Positions 46,735-60,100 of a DNA stretch of 64,000 nt are shown piece by piece. The stretch covers positions 163,432,001 through 163,496,000 of the forward strand of contig NC_091981.1 of assembly GCF_044704955.1 (NCBI RefSeq), written 5' to 3'. The notes below the pieces were generated by a model. That model was given only the letters and a program-made list of their open reading frames with translations. It did no database searches and was not told the DNA's origin. The position numbers and the translations under genes were made by a program. Source of the stretch: Pristiophorus japonicus (Eukaryota). The number at the start of each line of letters is the position of its first letter. Position 1 is the first letter of the stretch.

Positions 46735-47975
46735 TACCTGTCTGATATCCATGAGACCCACTTCCTGCTCTCTCAACCCTAGTCCCTCTAAACTGCTGAC
46801 CACCCAACTTCCTTTTCTGGCTCCCATGTAAGCTGATATTTTTAACAGTTTTCTCTCCTCAGGTGCTGTCTGCCTCTCCTTCAATTCTGCCGTCATCACC
46901 CCTCTCCTCAAAAAAACTACTCTTGACCCCGCCGCCCTTGCAAACTACTGCCCCACCTCCAACCTCCCTTTCCTCTTGAACATGTTACCACCTCCCAAAT
47001 CCATGCTCATCTTTCTTGGGACTCCATGTTTGAATCCCTCCAATCAGGTTTCCGCCCCTGCCATTGTACCGAAATGGGTCTTATCAAAGTCATAAATTAT
47101 ATCCTATATGATTGGGTCAAAGGTAAACTATCGCTCCTCATCTTTCTCGATCAGTCTACAGCCTTTGACACGTTTGACCACTCTATCCTCCTGCAACGCC
47201 TCTCCACCATCGTCCAGCTGGATGGGACGGCACTCGCCTGGTTCCATTATTATCTATCTTAAACGTAGCCAGAGAAGCAATGGCTTCTCCTCACGCCCCT
47301 GCATCATTAACTCCAGTGTCCCCCAAAGGATCTATTCTTGACCCCCTCCTATTTCTCATCCACATGCTGCTCCTCGGCGACATCATCTGAAAACACAGCA
47401 TCAATTTCCACATGTATGCTGATGACACCCAGCTCTACCTCACTGCCACGCCTCTCGACACCCCCACAGTCTGCAAATTGTCAGATTGCTTGTCCGACAT
47501 TCAGCACTGAATGAGCAGAAGTTTCCTCCGGAAGGCTTGTTTCTGCCCCTGCCTCTGCTCATCTGCTGCTGAAACCCTCATCCATGCCTTTATTACCTCT
47601 AGACTTGACTATTCCAACACACTCCTGGCTGGTCTCTCACGTTATACCCTACGCAAACTTGAGTTCATCCAAAACTATGTTACCCATGTCCTAATTCGCA
47701 CCAGGTCCTGGTCACCTGTCACCCCTGTGCTTGCTGACCTACAATGAATCCCGGTTAAGCAACACCTCAATTAAAAATTCTCACCTTTATTTTCAAATCC
47801 CTCTCTGGTCTCGCCCCTCCCTATCTCTGTAATCTCCTCCAGCCCTACATCCCCACCCCGAGATATGTGCGCTCCTCTAATTCTACCCTCTTGAGCATTC
47901 CTGATTTGAATCGCTCAAGCATTGGTGGCTGTGCCTTCAGCTGCCTAGGCCCTAAGCTCAGCAATCCCCTCCCTA
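46735..47975 (+). mobile_element. L2 LINE RT/3' fragment, decayed
   Basis: QSGFRPCHCTE, AFDTFDHSILL, PQ..LDPLLF, MYADDTQLY, HAFITSRLDYSN. Confidence 0.88.
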
Positions 47976-47980
47976 ATCAA

Positions 47981-48115
47981 CATCATCATAGGCAGTCCCT
48001 CGGAATTGAGGAAGACTTGCTTCCACTCTAAAAATGAGTCTTTAGGTTGCTGAACAGTCTAATACGAGAGCCACAGTCCCTGTCACAGGTGGGACAGATA
48101 GTCGTTGAGGGAAAG
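47981..48115 (-). mobile_element. RTE 3' end fragment
   Basis: rc ..TGTCCCACCTGTGACAG..GAGTGGAAGCAAGTCTTCCTCAATTCCGAGGGACTGCCTATGATGATG. Confidence 0.82.
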
Positions 48116-48120
48116 AAAAT

Positions 48121-48517
48121 CACATAAGAACTTAAGAAATAGGAGCAGGAGTAGGCCATACGGCCCCTCGAGCCTGCTCCACCATTTTATACGATCATGG
48201 CTGATCCAATCATGGACTCAAGTCCACTTCCCTGCACACTTCCCATAACCCCTTATTCCCTTATCGTTTAAGAAACTGACTATTTCTGTATTAAATTTAT
48301 TTAATGTCCCAGCTTCCACAGCTCTCTGAGGCAGTGAATTCCACAGATTCAACACTCTCTGAGAGAAGAAATTTCTCCTCATCTCAGTTTTAAATGGGGG
48401 GGCGGGCCCTTATTCTAAGATTATACCCTCTAGTTCTAGTCTCCCCTATCAGTAGAAACATCCTCTCTGCATCCACCTTGTCAAGCCCCCTCATAATCTT
48501 ATACGTTTCGATAAGAT
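48121..48517 (-). mobile_element. CR1 3' fragment, interrupted by Gypsy D
   Basis: Same subfamily as 41213. Homology stops at AAGAT|TGTCATG. Confidence 0.88.
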
Positions 48518-50146
48518 TGTCATGTATGTATTCTTGGGTTTACTAGCCACCAGGTGACGCCACTGTCGGAGGTCATTGGGCTGTGCGCACGTGTGTGGGC
48601 CCAGGTATAAAAGGTCAGCCATCTTGTAATGTTATCACTTTGGGCCCAAATAAAGTAGTGCCAGGTTTGTACCTGTTCGGAGTTTACAGTATTCAGTCTA
48701 TTGAGTTATTGCATACACAACATTTGGCGACGAGATAACAAGAACCTTCGCATGCAAAAATGAGCACAATTGGAATTCTGGAGCAATTCATGGAGGGAGA
48801 AGATTGGGCAAACTTTGCAGCCTGCTTGAACCAGTACTTCGTGGTCAACAAAATGGAGAAAGAGGCAGACGCAGTCCGGTGCTGGGCAGTTCTCCTCACG
48901 GTTTGCGATATGAAAATCTATAGACTCATAAAGAATTTCCTTTCGCCCTTAAGTCCAATGGACAAGGACTATGAAACCTTGTGTGCTGTGGTACATGACC
49001 ATCTCAAACCAAATAAAGGCATCATCATCTCAAGATATCAATTCTATACACACGTTCGTTCTAAGGGCCAGGATGTATTGGAATTCGTTGCCGACCTAAG
49101 ACTAGCTGGACAGTGTAAGTTCGAAACTGCATTGGCAGACATGCTGCTGGACTTCTTTGTAATCGCATCAACCACAAGGTGATCCTGCGTAAACTATTAG
49201 CGGCGGAGACGCTGGATTTGAGCAAGGCCATCATGATTGCCCAAACGTGCATGATGATGGACAAAAGCTTAAAGCAGATATCATTGAAAAATCGGAACTC
49301 GGCAAGTACTGTAAACAAGATAGTATTGTCTTTTAGCAGAGCTGCATATGGCAGGGCCTACCCGACTGCATATGCGAACCCTGTGGCTGCTCAAAGTCTG
49401 CCAACGGGAATGAATCCGATATCACCGTGTTGGTGTTGTGGGGGAAATCATCGGCATCATCAGTGTCGGTTTAAACAGTATATTGATAAAATGTTCGAGA
49501 CTGGGGCATCTCCAGCGCATGTGTCCACAACTTAGCAAGCGTGCTGCGACACACCAAGTGGAGGATGATAACCAGTCTAGTGCAGATCTGGATATGCAAT
49601 CCGAGATACCAGAGGAGGAAGTGTATGGACTGTATTCATTCCTAACAAAGAGCCAACCGATAATGATTAATGTAAAATTTAATGGTGTGTCGGTATCGAT
49701 GGAATTGGACACAGGTGCGAGTCAATCAATAATGAGCCAGAGGACATTTGACAGGCTGTGGGATACTAAGGCTGTGAGGCCTAAGCTGAGTCCAGTTGCG
49801 TACGTACACTAAAGAACTCATAACGGTGATTGGCAGTGTAGTAATCAAGGTGTCTTATGATGGTGCGGTTCACGATTTACCGTTATGGATTGTTCCAGGC
49901 AATGGTCCAACGCTGTTCGGCAGGAACTGGTTAGAAAAAATCAAATGGAACTGGAATGAGATCAAAGCATTGTCGTCGTCGGATACTCCATGTGCTCAAG
50001 TGCTGAGCAAGTACCCTTTGCTGTTTGAACCAGGCATCGGCAATTTCACGGGAGACAACGTGCAGATCCACGTGGACTCGGATGCAAGACCCGTCCATCA
50101 TAAAGCTCGGGCAGTTCTGTACATGATGAGGGAGAAGGTTGAAATC
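48518..50146 (+). mobile_element. Gypsy D: 5' LTR, gag, protease; interrupted by Gypsy E, remainder not in window
   Basis: LTR 48518-48722, PBS TGGCGACGAG, gag MSTIGILEQF.., MELDTGAS. Ends at REKVEI. Confidence 0.9.
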
Positions 50147-51172
50147 TTTCATGTATGTACATGCTGCTTGTAGCCACTAAAAGGTGTCATTGTTGGAGGC
50201 CAATGAGCAGCATGCACATGGTGCCACTCTGCTATAAAAGGCCAGCCATTTTGTGAGTCAGGCACTTTGGGCCAAAATAAAGCAGAAGCAAGGTTGTACC
50301 TTGTTTAGTTAAACAGTACTCAGTTTGAACCTTTATTACATACGTAACATTTGGCGACGAGAATACAGAACCTTTGTTTGCAAAATGAGCATGATTGGAT
50401 TTTTAGAGCGATTCGTGGAGGGAGAAGATTGGACAGACTTTGTGAGTCGTTTGAACCAGTACTTCGTGGCCAACAAAATGAAGGGGGTCGACGATGCAGA
50501 TCGGTGCTGGATCGTGTTCCTCACTGTGTGCGGTTCAAAGATCTACAGTCTGATAAAGAATCTACTCATGCCTAGTGACCCAACAGAGAAAATGTACGAG
50601 GAGTTGTGTACATTGGTACGGGAGCACCTCAAGCCAGACGACGACATCATCATCTCGAGATATAGGTTTTATTCACACGTTCGATCAGAGGGCCAGAGTG
50701 CGGCGGAATTTGTTGCCGACCTGAGACATCTAGCGGGGCCATTCAAGTTCGGGATGGTGTTGGCAGACATGCTACGGGACTTCTTTGTTATCGGTATCAA
50801 CCACGAGATGATCCTGAGCAAAATTCTGGCGGTGGAGGAGTTGGATTTAAAAAGGGCCATCCAGATCGCTCAATCATGTATGACGACGGACAGGAGTTTA
50901 AAGCAAAAATCGGTGAAGAACCGAACCTCGGCAAGTACTGTAAATGTGATTGATTCGGCATTCGGCAGAGCAACACATGGCAGGGACTATCCGGCTGCAT
51001 TCGCAAATGATTCGCCGTTTGGCACAGCGGCACATGACAGGGCCTATCCGGCTACATTCTCGAAAGCTGTGGCTACCCAAAGTCTGCCAGCGGGAATGTA
51101 TCGACTTCTCCGTGTTGGCGTTGTGGGGGAAATCATCTGCACCAGCAGTGCCGATTTAAGCAATATAGCTGC

Positions 51173-54100
51173 TGTTATATATGTGCAAACCTGTATACAC
51201 CTTGTGTAGCCACCACAAGGCTCATCCCCTGGAGTCCCAAGGGATCCCACAATACCTTGACAGCACGGGTACTTAAGGAGGCCTCACAGGCTGGAGAGGC
51301 ACTCTGGAGACCTACAATAAAAGACTAATGTCACACTTTACTTTGAGCTCACAGTATTTAGTCAGACTCTTTATTCGTACTTAACAACTGGCGACAAGAT
51401 ACAGATGACGAACCCAACAATGCAGAGAACAGTGGGCATCCTGGAGAAAATTTCAGAGGGAGATGATTGGGAAACCTTCGTGGAGTGACTCGACCAATAC
51501 TTTGTGGCCAATGAGCTGGAAGGAGAAGTGAACACTGCCAAACGAAGGGCGATTCTCCTCACCGTTTGCAGGGCGCCAACGTATGGCCTCATCAAAAATC
51601 TGCTTGCTCCAGCGAAACCCACAGAGAAATTGTACGATAATTTGTGCACACTGGTCCGGGAGCATCTGAACCTGAAGGAAAACGTTCTGATGGCATGGTA
51701 CCGGTTCTACACCTACAAAAGGACTGAAAGCCAGGAAGTGGCAACTTATGTTGTCGAGCTAAGACACCTTGCAGGACATTGCGAATTTGAAGGACATTTG
51801 GAGCACATGCTCAGAGACTTTTTCATACTTGGCATTGGCCATGAAGTGATACTTCGCAAACTTTTGATTGTAGAGACCGTAACCTTGAGTAAAGCCATAG
51901 CGAAAGCCCAGGTGTTCATTGCCACCAATGACAATACTAAGCAAATCTCTCAGCACACGAGTGCTGCTACAAGTACTGTGAACAAAGTGATGTTGTTTTC
52001 AAATCACAACGTACAGGGCAGACCACCCATACCTGCAGCTGCACGTCCGCAGATGTCTCAGAGACCACCATCAATGGTGATGAATGCAAGGCCATTAACA
52101 TCTTGTTGGTGCTACGGGGATGATCATTGTTTCCATTCATGCTGCTTCAAAGGGTATGTTTGCAAGGGCTGTGGGACAATGGGATGTATATGCAGGCGAG
52201 CTGCAAACCCTGTTAATCCTGCAAACCACCATGTTGCAGAGGAGGACAGATCCATGGCGGATCACAATGAACCAGATTCTCAGACCGAGGAGGCAGAGGT
52301 ATATGGGGTACACACATTTACCAAAAAGTGTCCCCCGATAATGCTGAAGGTTGAAGTAAATGGATTCCCGGTGTCAATGGAGCTGGACACGGGTGCGAGC
52401 CAGTCCATTATGAGCAGAAAGATTTGTGATAAATTGTGGTGCAGCAAGGCCTCAAGGCCAGTCTTAACTTCCATTCGTATGAAACTAAGAGCTTACACAA
52501 AGGAACTGATTCCTATGCAGTGCTACTGTAAAGGTCTCCTACGATGGAATGTTGCACAAGCTACCACGCTGAGTGATACCGGGCGATAGTCCCATGGTGC
52601 TTGGCAGGAGCTGGCTGGGAAAGATACGCTGGAACTGGGATGACGTCTGAGCGCTCTCATCTGCTGACGACACTTTGTGTACCCAGGCCTTAAACAAGTT
52701 CTCTTCGCTGCTCGAACCAGGCATTGGGAAGTTCCAAGGAGCAAAAGTGCAGATCCACCTAATTCCGGGGATGCAACCCATCCATCACAAGGCGAGAGCA
52801 GTACCGTACATGATGAGAGAAAGGGTAGAGATCGAGCGAGACCGGCTGCAACGAGAGGGCATCATTTCCCCGATCAAATTCAATGAGTGGGCCATTTCCG
52901 ATTGTTCCAGTCTTCAAGGGAGACGGCACCGTCAGAATCTGTGGTGATTACAAAGTAACTATCAATCATTTCTCCCTGCAGGATCAATACCCACTACCAA
53001 AGGCTGACGACCTTTTTGCTATGCTGGCAGGAGGAAAGACTTTCACGAAGCTGGACTTGATCTCGGCCTATATGACGCAGGAGCTGAAGGAATCATCGGA
53101 GGGCCTCGCCTGCATCAACACGCACAAAGGTCTTTTCACTTATAACAGATGCCCGTTTGGGATTCGATCAGCCGCGGTGATATTCCAGAGAAACATGGAA
53201 AGCTTACTGACGTCGGTCCCGTGCACGGTTGTCTTCCAGGACGACATCTTGGTTACAGGCCGGGACACAGTCGAGCATCTGCAGAACCTGGAGGAGGTTC
53301 TTAGTCTACTCAACTGCATGGGGCTCAGGTTAAAACGCTCAAAGTGCCTTTTCCTAGCACCTGAATTGGAGTTCCTGGGGAGAAGAATCACGGCGGACGG
53401 CATCAGGCCCACCCATTCGAAGACGGAGGCAATCAAGAACACACCGAGGCCACAGAATGTAATGGAGCTGCAGTCGTTTCTAGGACTCCTGAACTACTTG
53501 GTAACTTCTTACTGGGTTTCAGCACACTGTTAGAACCACTGCACGCCTTACTGCGTAAAGGAGACGAATGGGTATGGGACAAAAGCCAAGAAAATGCCTT
53601 TGTAAAAGCGAGAAAATTGTTATGCTCAAACAAATTGCTTGTGTTGTATGATCCATGTAAGCGTTTGGTACTAGCATGTGATGCGTCGTTGTATGGCGTC
53701 GGGTGTGTATTGCAACAAGCTAATGAACCTGGGAAATTGCAACCAATTGTTTATTTATCCAGAAGTTTGTCTAAGGCTGAGAGAGCCTACAGCATGGTTG
53801 AAAAAGAAGCATTAGCGTGTGTTTATGGGGTAAAAAAAATACATCAATATCTGTTTGGGCTCAAATTTGAATTGGAAACTGAGCATAAGCCACTGATATC
53901 CCTTTTTTCTGCAAGTAAGGGGATAAATACGAATGCATCGGCCCGCATCCAGAGATGGGCGCTCACGTTGTCCGCATACAACTACGCCATCCGCCACAGA
54001 CCAGGCACAGAAAACTGTGCCGATGCTCTCAGTAGGCTGCCATTGCCCACCATGATTTAGTCATGGTTATGGAAACATTCGAGAGTGAGCAATCACCCGT

Positions 54101-55713
54101 CACAGCCTGACAGATTAGAACCTGGATGAGCCAGAATCCCTTACTGTCCCTAGTAAAAAATTGTGTGCTTCACTGGAGCTGGTCCACTGTCCCAGTGGAA
54201 ACACAGGAAGAGATAAAGCCGTACCAGCGGTGCAAAGATGAAATTTCTATACAGGCAGACTGCCTTCTGTGGGGTAATCGGGTAGTGGTCCCCAAGAAGG
54301 GCAGGGACACGTTCATCAGTGATCTCCACAGTACTCACCTTGACATTGTAATGATGAAAGCGATAGTCAGATCCCACGTGTGGTGGCCCAGTATTGATGC
54401 AGACTTAGAGTCCTGCGTGTATAAATGTAACACATGCTCACAGTTAAGCAATGCACCCAGGGAGGTGCCACTAAGTTTATGGTCTTGGCCCTCCAAACCG
54501 TGGTCCAGGGTCCACGTCGACTATGCAGACCTGTTTTTGGGTAAAATGTTCCTAGTGGTTACAGATGCATACTCCAAATGGATTGAATGTGAGATAATGT
54601 CGGCAAGCACGTCCGCTGCCACCACTGAAAGCCTGCAGGCCATGTTTGCCACGCACGGCTTGCCTGATGTCCTTGTGAGCGACAATGGGCCATGTTTCAC
54701 CAGTGTCGAGTTCAAAGAGTTCATGACCAGTAATGGTATCAAACATGTTGCATCTGCCCCATTCAAACCAGCATCCAATGGTCAGGCAGAGAGAGCAGTG
54801 CAAACCATCAAGCAGAGCTTGAAGAGGGTAACTGAAGGCTCACTGCAGACTCGCCTATCCCGAGTCCTGCTTAGCTACTGCACGAGACTCCATTCGCTCA
54901 CTGGGGTTCCAATCGCTGAACTGCTCATGAAAAGGGCACTTAAGACAAGGCTCTCGTTAATCCACCCTGATCTACATGAACAGGTAGAGAGCAGGCGGCT
55001 TCAACAAAGTACATATCTTGATAGCACAAATGTGTCACACGAAATTGAAATCAATGATCCTGTATTTGTGTTGAACAATGGTCAAGGTCCCAAGTGGCTT
55101 CCCAGCACTGTTGTGGCCAAAGAGGGGAGTAGGATGTTTCACATCAAACTTTCAAATGGACTCACCCACCGGAAACACTTGGACCAAATCAAACACAGAT
55201 TTGCGGACTATCCAGAGCAACTCACGTTGAACTCAACCTTCTTTGACCCCCCAACATACACACCAATGGCAACCGACACCACGGTTGACCACGGAGAAGA
55301 ACCCATCACTCGCAGCAGCCCAGTAGGACTCACCACACCATGCAGCCCAGCAAGGCCAGCTGCATAGCAGCCCAGCGAGGGCCCACCAAACGATTCACCA
55401 AAACCAGCATTTGCACCGAGACGATCAACCAGGGAAAGAAAGGCCCCAGATCAACTCACCTTGTAAATATTTACACTGTTAACTTTCGGGAGGGAGTGTT
55501 GTTTTATACGTGTAAACCTGTATATACCTTATGTAGCCACCAGAGGGCTCATCCCCTGGAGTCCCAAGGGATCCCACAATCCCTTGGGAGCACGGATACT
55601 TAAGGAGGCCTCATAGGTTGGAGAGGCATTCTGGAGACCTGCAATAAAAGACTAAGGTCACACTTTACTTTGAGCTCACAGTATCTAGTCAGATTCTTTA
55701 TTCATACTTAACA
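51173..55713 (+). mobile_element. Gypsy G, full length (4541 bp), related to A
   Basis: LTRs 51173-51386 and 55500-55713, TSD GCTGC/GTTGC, PBS TGGCGACAAG, PPT GGGAGGGAG. gag-pol 51420-55466 with long ORFs 51504-52589 and 54126-55367. Confidence 0.94.
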
Positions 55714-57101
55714 GTTGCAAAGGCTGTCTGAGAGTGGGGCACCTCCAGCGCAAGTGTCTGCAGATGAGCAAGCGAGCTGCGACACACCACGTGGAGGATG
55801 AGAGTCAGACTAGCATGGATCCGGATACGCAATCGAGATGCCAGAGAAGGAAGTGTCAAGACTGTACTCTTTCATAACCAAGAGTAAACCAATTTTGATT
55901 AAGGTGAAGTTTAACGGGATACCGGTATCGATGGAACTGGACACAAGGGCGAGTCATTCGATCATGAATGACAGGGCATTTAATAAACTGTGGGATACTA
56001 AGACTTTGAGGCCCAGGCTGAGCCCTGTTAATGCCAAGCTGCGCATGTACACCAAAGAACTAATAAAGATGATTGGCAGTGCACAAATTAATGTGTCGTA
56101 TAATGGTGCGGTTCACGAGTTACCGCTGTGGATTGTTCCAGGCAATGGCCCAATGCTGCTCGGCAGGAGCTGGTTGGAGAAAATCAGATGCAACTGGAAC
56201 AGCATAAAGACATTGTCGTCGGAGGAAGATACATGTGCCCAAGTATTGAGCAAGTTCCCCTCGCTGTTCGAACCGGGTATCGGCTTCTTCATGGGAGCCA
56301 AGATGCAGATCCACGTGGACTCAGATGCAAGATCCGTCCACCATAAAGCTCGGGCAGTATATGATGAGGGAGAAGGTTGAAATTGAACTGGACAGACTTC
56401 AGCATGAAGGGATCATATCACCGGTCAAATTTAATGAATGGGCCAGCCCCATTGTTCCTGTGCTGAAAAGTGCTGGCACAGTCAGAATCTGTGGAGACTA
56501 CATCAACAAGGTTTTGAAACACGATCAGTACCCGTTACCGAAGGCTGATAACTTGTTTGCGACGCTAGCCGGAGGGAAGTCGTTCACAAAACTGGACTTG
56601 ATGTCGGCCTATATGACGCAGGAGTTAGTCAAGATGTCAAAGAGGCTTACGTGCATTAACATGGACAAAGGATTGTTTATTTACCACAGGTGCCCGTTTG
56701 GAATTCGCTCGGCTGTAGCAATATTCCAGAGGAATATGGAAAGTTTACTGAAGTCCGTTCCCAGAACCGTCGTCTTTCAAGATGACATCTACCGGTCGTG
56801 ACTCCAAGGAACATCTGAACAACCTGGAAGAGGTTCTACTGCGTTGGACAGAGTGGGGCTCAGACTTAAACGCTCGAAGTGAGTCTTCATGGCACCAGAG
56901 GTCGCAATCCTCGGGCGGAAAATCGCCGCTGATGGCAGCAGACCTACTGACGTGAAAACCAAAGCCATCAAGAATCCACCCAAGCTGCAGAACATGACGG
57001 AGCAGCGTTTGTTCCTGGGTCTACACAACTACTTTGGTAACTTCTTACCTAAATTGAACACCTTACTTGAACCACTGCACATGCTATTGAGAAAAGGCAA
57101 C

Positions 57102-60100
57102 TGTAAAGTCCTTACACAATACCACAAATCCACACGAGGCACATTCTATGGACAAGGTCACTCTGTGACCTGCACCTTTATTCACAGGACCAAGAAGTGA
57201 AGACCCTGTGTGGGACCTCCCTTTATATACCTGGATGACCAGGTGAAGAGTGTCTCCCACAAATTCACCCCCTGTGGTCAATGTGTGCATTTCTCAAGTA
57301 TATACAGTATTGTAGTGTTGTTACATAAAGGTTACATACATGACATCATCTCTCCCCCCAACGTCTTATTGGGATCATAGGTTAAGTCTTTCGGGTGGTC
57401 TGCGCTCCCTTGTGGAGCGCCACAGTTGGAGCTCTGGCTGTTGAGCTTTGGCCTGCATGTCTGTCCCCTGTGGTGATTCCGGCCTGTCTGGGCTGACCGC
57501 AGGGACTGTGCATGCTGCTGAATGTTCTTGTTGCTCGTTCACTGGCAGTGGTGTGAATACCATCTCATGATCTTCCTCAGGTTCCTCAGAGTCCATGCTG
57601 AACCTTTTTTTTTACTTGGTCCAGATGCTTGCGGCATATCTGCCCATTGTTAAGTTTAACCACGATGACCCTATTCCCCTCTTTGTCTATTACAGTACCT
57701 TCAAGCCATTTGGCCCCCAAAGCGCAATTGAGAACAAATATGGGGTCACCAATTTCTATACATCTCCCCCTTGAATTATGGTCATGGTACTCATTTTGGG
57801 TCTGGCGCTTGCCTTCAACAATGTCGGACAAGACAAGATGAATGAGGGACAGCCGAGTTTTGAGTGTATGTTTCATAAGGAGCTCCGCAGGCGGGACCCC
57901 CGTGAGCGAGTGCAGTCGGGACCTATAGGCCAGCAGGAGGCGCGATAGGCGGCATTGAAGGGAGGGTCCTTGAATCCTGAGCATGCCTTGTTTTATGATT
58001 TGGATCGCACGTTCCGCCTGGCCATTGGAGGCCGGCTTGAACGGTGCTGTCCTGACATGGTTGATGCCATTACCCGACATGAACTCCCGGAATTCGTAGC
58101 TAGTGAAACATGGGCCATTATCGCTAACAGGGATGTCCGGCAAACCGTGGGTCGCAAAGACCGCACGTAGATTCTCCACAGTGGTAGATGTCGTGCACAA
58201 ATTCAAAATGATGCACTCGATCCATTTCGAGTACGCATCAACCACGATGAGAAATATTTTACCCATGAACGGACCCGCGTAGTCTACGTGAATGCGTGAC
58301 CAAAGCCTGGTGAACCAGGGCCACGGGCTGAGCGGGGCCTCTCTGGGGGAATTTCCCAGCTGAGCACACGTCATGCACCTGCGAACACAGTGTTCCAGGT
58401 CTGAATCAATTCCCAGCCACCAAACGTGTGACCGGGCAATGGCCTTCATCAGCACAATGACTGGGTGCTTGCTGTAGAGTTCCCTGATGAATGCTTCCCT
58501 GCCCCTGTGGGGCATGACTACCCGGCTGCCCCATAGTAGGCAGTCGGCTTGGATGGAGAGCTCATCCATCTGCCTATGAAACGGTCTGACCTCCTCAGGG
58601 CATGCTCCGTGTGCGGGCGCCCAGTCCCTAGTCAGGACACATTTCTTAATCAAAGATAGGAGGGGATCTCTGTTGGTCCAGATTTTGATCTGGCGGACTG
58701 TGATGGGGGAGCCTGCGCTGTCAAAGGCATCGACAGCCATGACCATCTCAGCGCTTTGCTCTGCTGCCCCCTCAGTGGTGGCCAGTGGAAGCCTGCTGAG
58801 CGCATCAGCGCAATTTTCAGTGCCAGGCCGGTGCCGGATGGTGTAGTCATACGCAGCGAACGTGAGAGCCCAACGCTGTATGCGAGCTGACGCATTGGCA
58901 TTGACAGCCTTGCTGTCTGACAACAGAGATGTTAACGGCTTGTGGTCCGTTTCTAATTCGAACCTCCTGCCAAAAAGGTACTGGTGCATCTTTTTCACCC
59001 CATAGACACATGCGAGTACTTCCTTCTCAACCATCCCATATCCACGTTCTGCTTGATAGAGCGATCTGGAGGCATAAGCCACAGGTTGGAGTTGCCCCTC
59101 AGCATTGTACTGCTGCAACACGCACCCAACCCCATAGGACGATGCATCACATGTCAGAACCAATTTCTTACAAGGGTTGTACAGGGTCAACAACTTATTT
59201 GAATAGAGTAGGTTACGCGCCCGATTGAAAGCCTGTTCCTGACAGTCCCCCCAAAACCAATCGCAACCCTTACACAGGAGCACGTGTAGCAGCTCCAACA
59301 ATGTGCTTAAGTTCGGCAGAAAGTTCCCGAAATAGTTCAAGAGTCCCTGAAATGACCGCAACTCCGATGTGTTGCAGGGCCTGGGTGCTCGTCGAATCGC
59401 CTCTGTTTTGGATTCGGTGGGCCGAATCCCATCTGCAGCAACCCTCCTGCCCAGAAACTCGACTTCGGGAGCCAAAAACACACACCTAGGTTTCTTGAGT
59501 CGCAGGCCTACCCGGTCCAGTCGGCGTAGCACCTCTTCCAGGTTGTGAAGGTGTTCCTCGGTGTCCCGACCTGTGATGAGGATATCGTCCTGGAATACGA
59601 TCGTTCAGGAATGGATTTGAGCAGGCTTTCCATGTTTCTTTGAAAGATCGCAGCCGCTGATCGAATGCCAAACGGGCACCTGTTGTAAACAAACAGTCTC
59701 TTGTACGTGGTGATTGTGGTCAGTAGTTTAGATTCGTCGGCCAGTTCTTGGGTCATGTAGGCTGAAGTGAGGTTCAACTTGGTGAACAGCTTGCCGCCTG
59801 CCAGCATAGCAAAATGATCGTCCGCTCTCAGAAGCGGGTATTGGTCTTGTAGGGACACCCGGTTGATAGTGGCCTTGTAGTCGCCACAGATCCTGACCGA
59901 GCCATCCGCTTTTAGATAGGGAACAATGGGGCTAGCCCAGTCATTGAATTCAACGGGCGAGATGATGCCCTCTCTCAGCAAATGGTCCAATTCGTTTTCA
60001 ATTTTCTCCCGCATCACATACAGCACCACTCTGGCTTTGTGGTACACTGGTCTGGCATCCGGGGTGATGCGAATCACTACTTTGGTACCTTTGAACATCC

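Noticed and set aside
44599-46911. 770-aa ORF as a novel RT fusion protein
   Set aside because: The first ~60 residues are antisense L2 read-through with no ATG at the annotated start. The rest is truncated CR1 ORF2.
24693-50146. Gypsy C (3' half) and D (5' half) as one rearranged element
   Set aside because: The LTRs are similar, but the flanks differ (AAGAT vs GCTGA) and each sits in a different host element.
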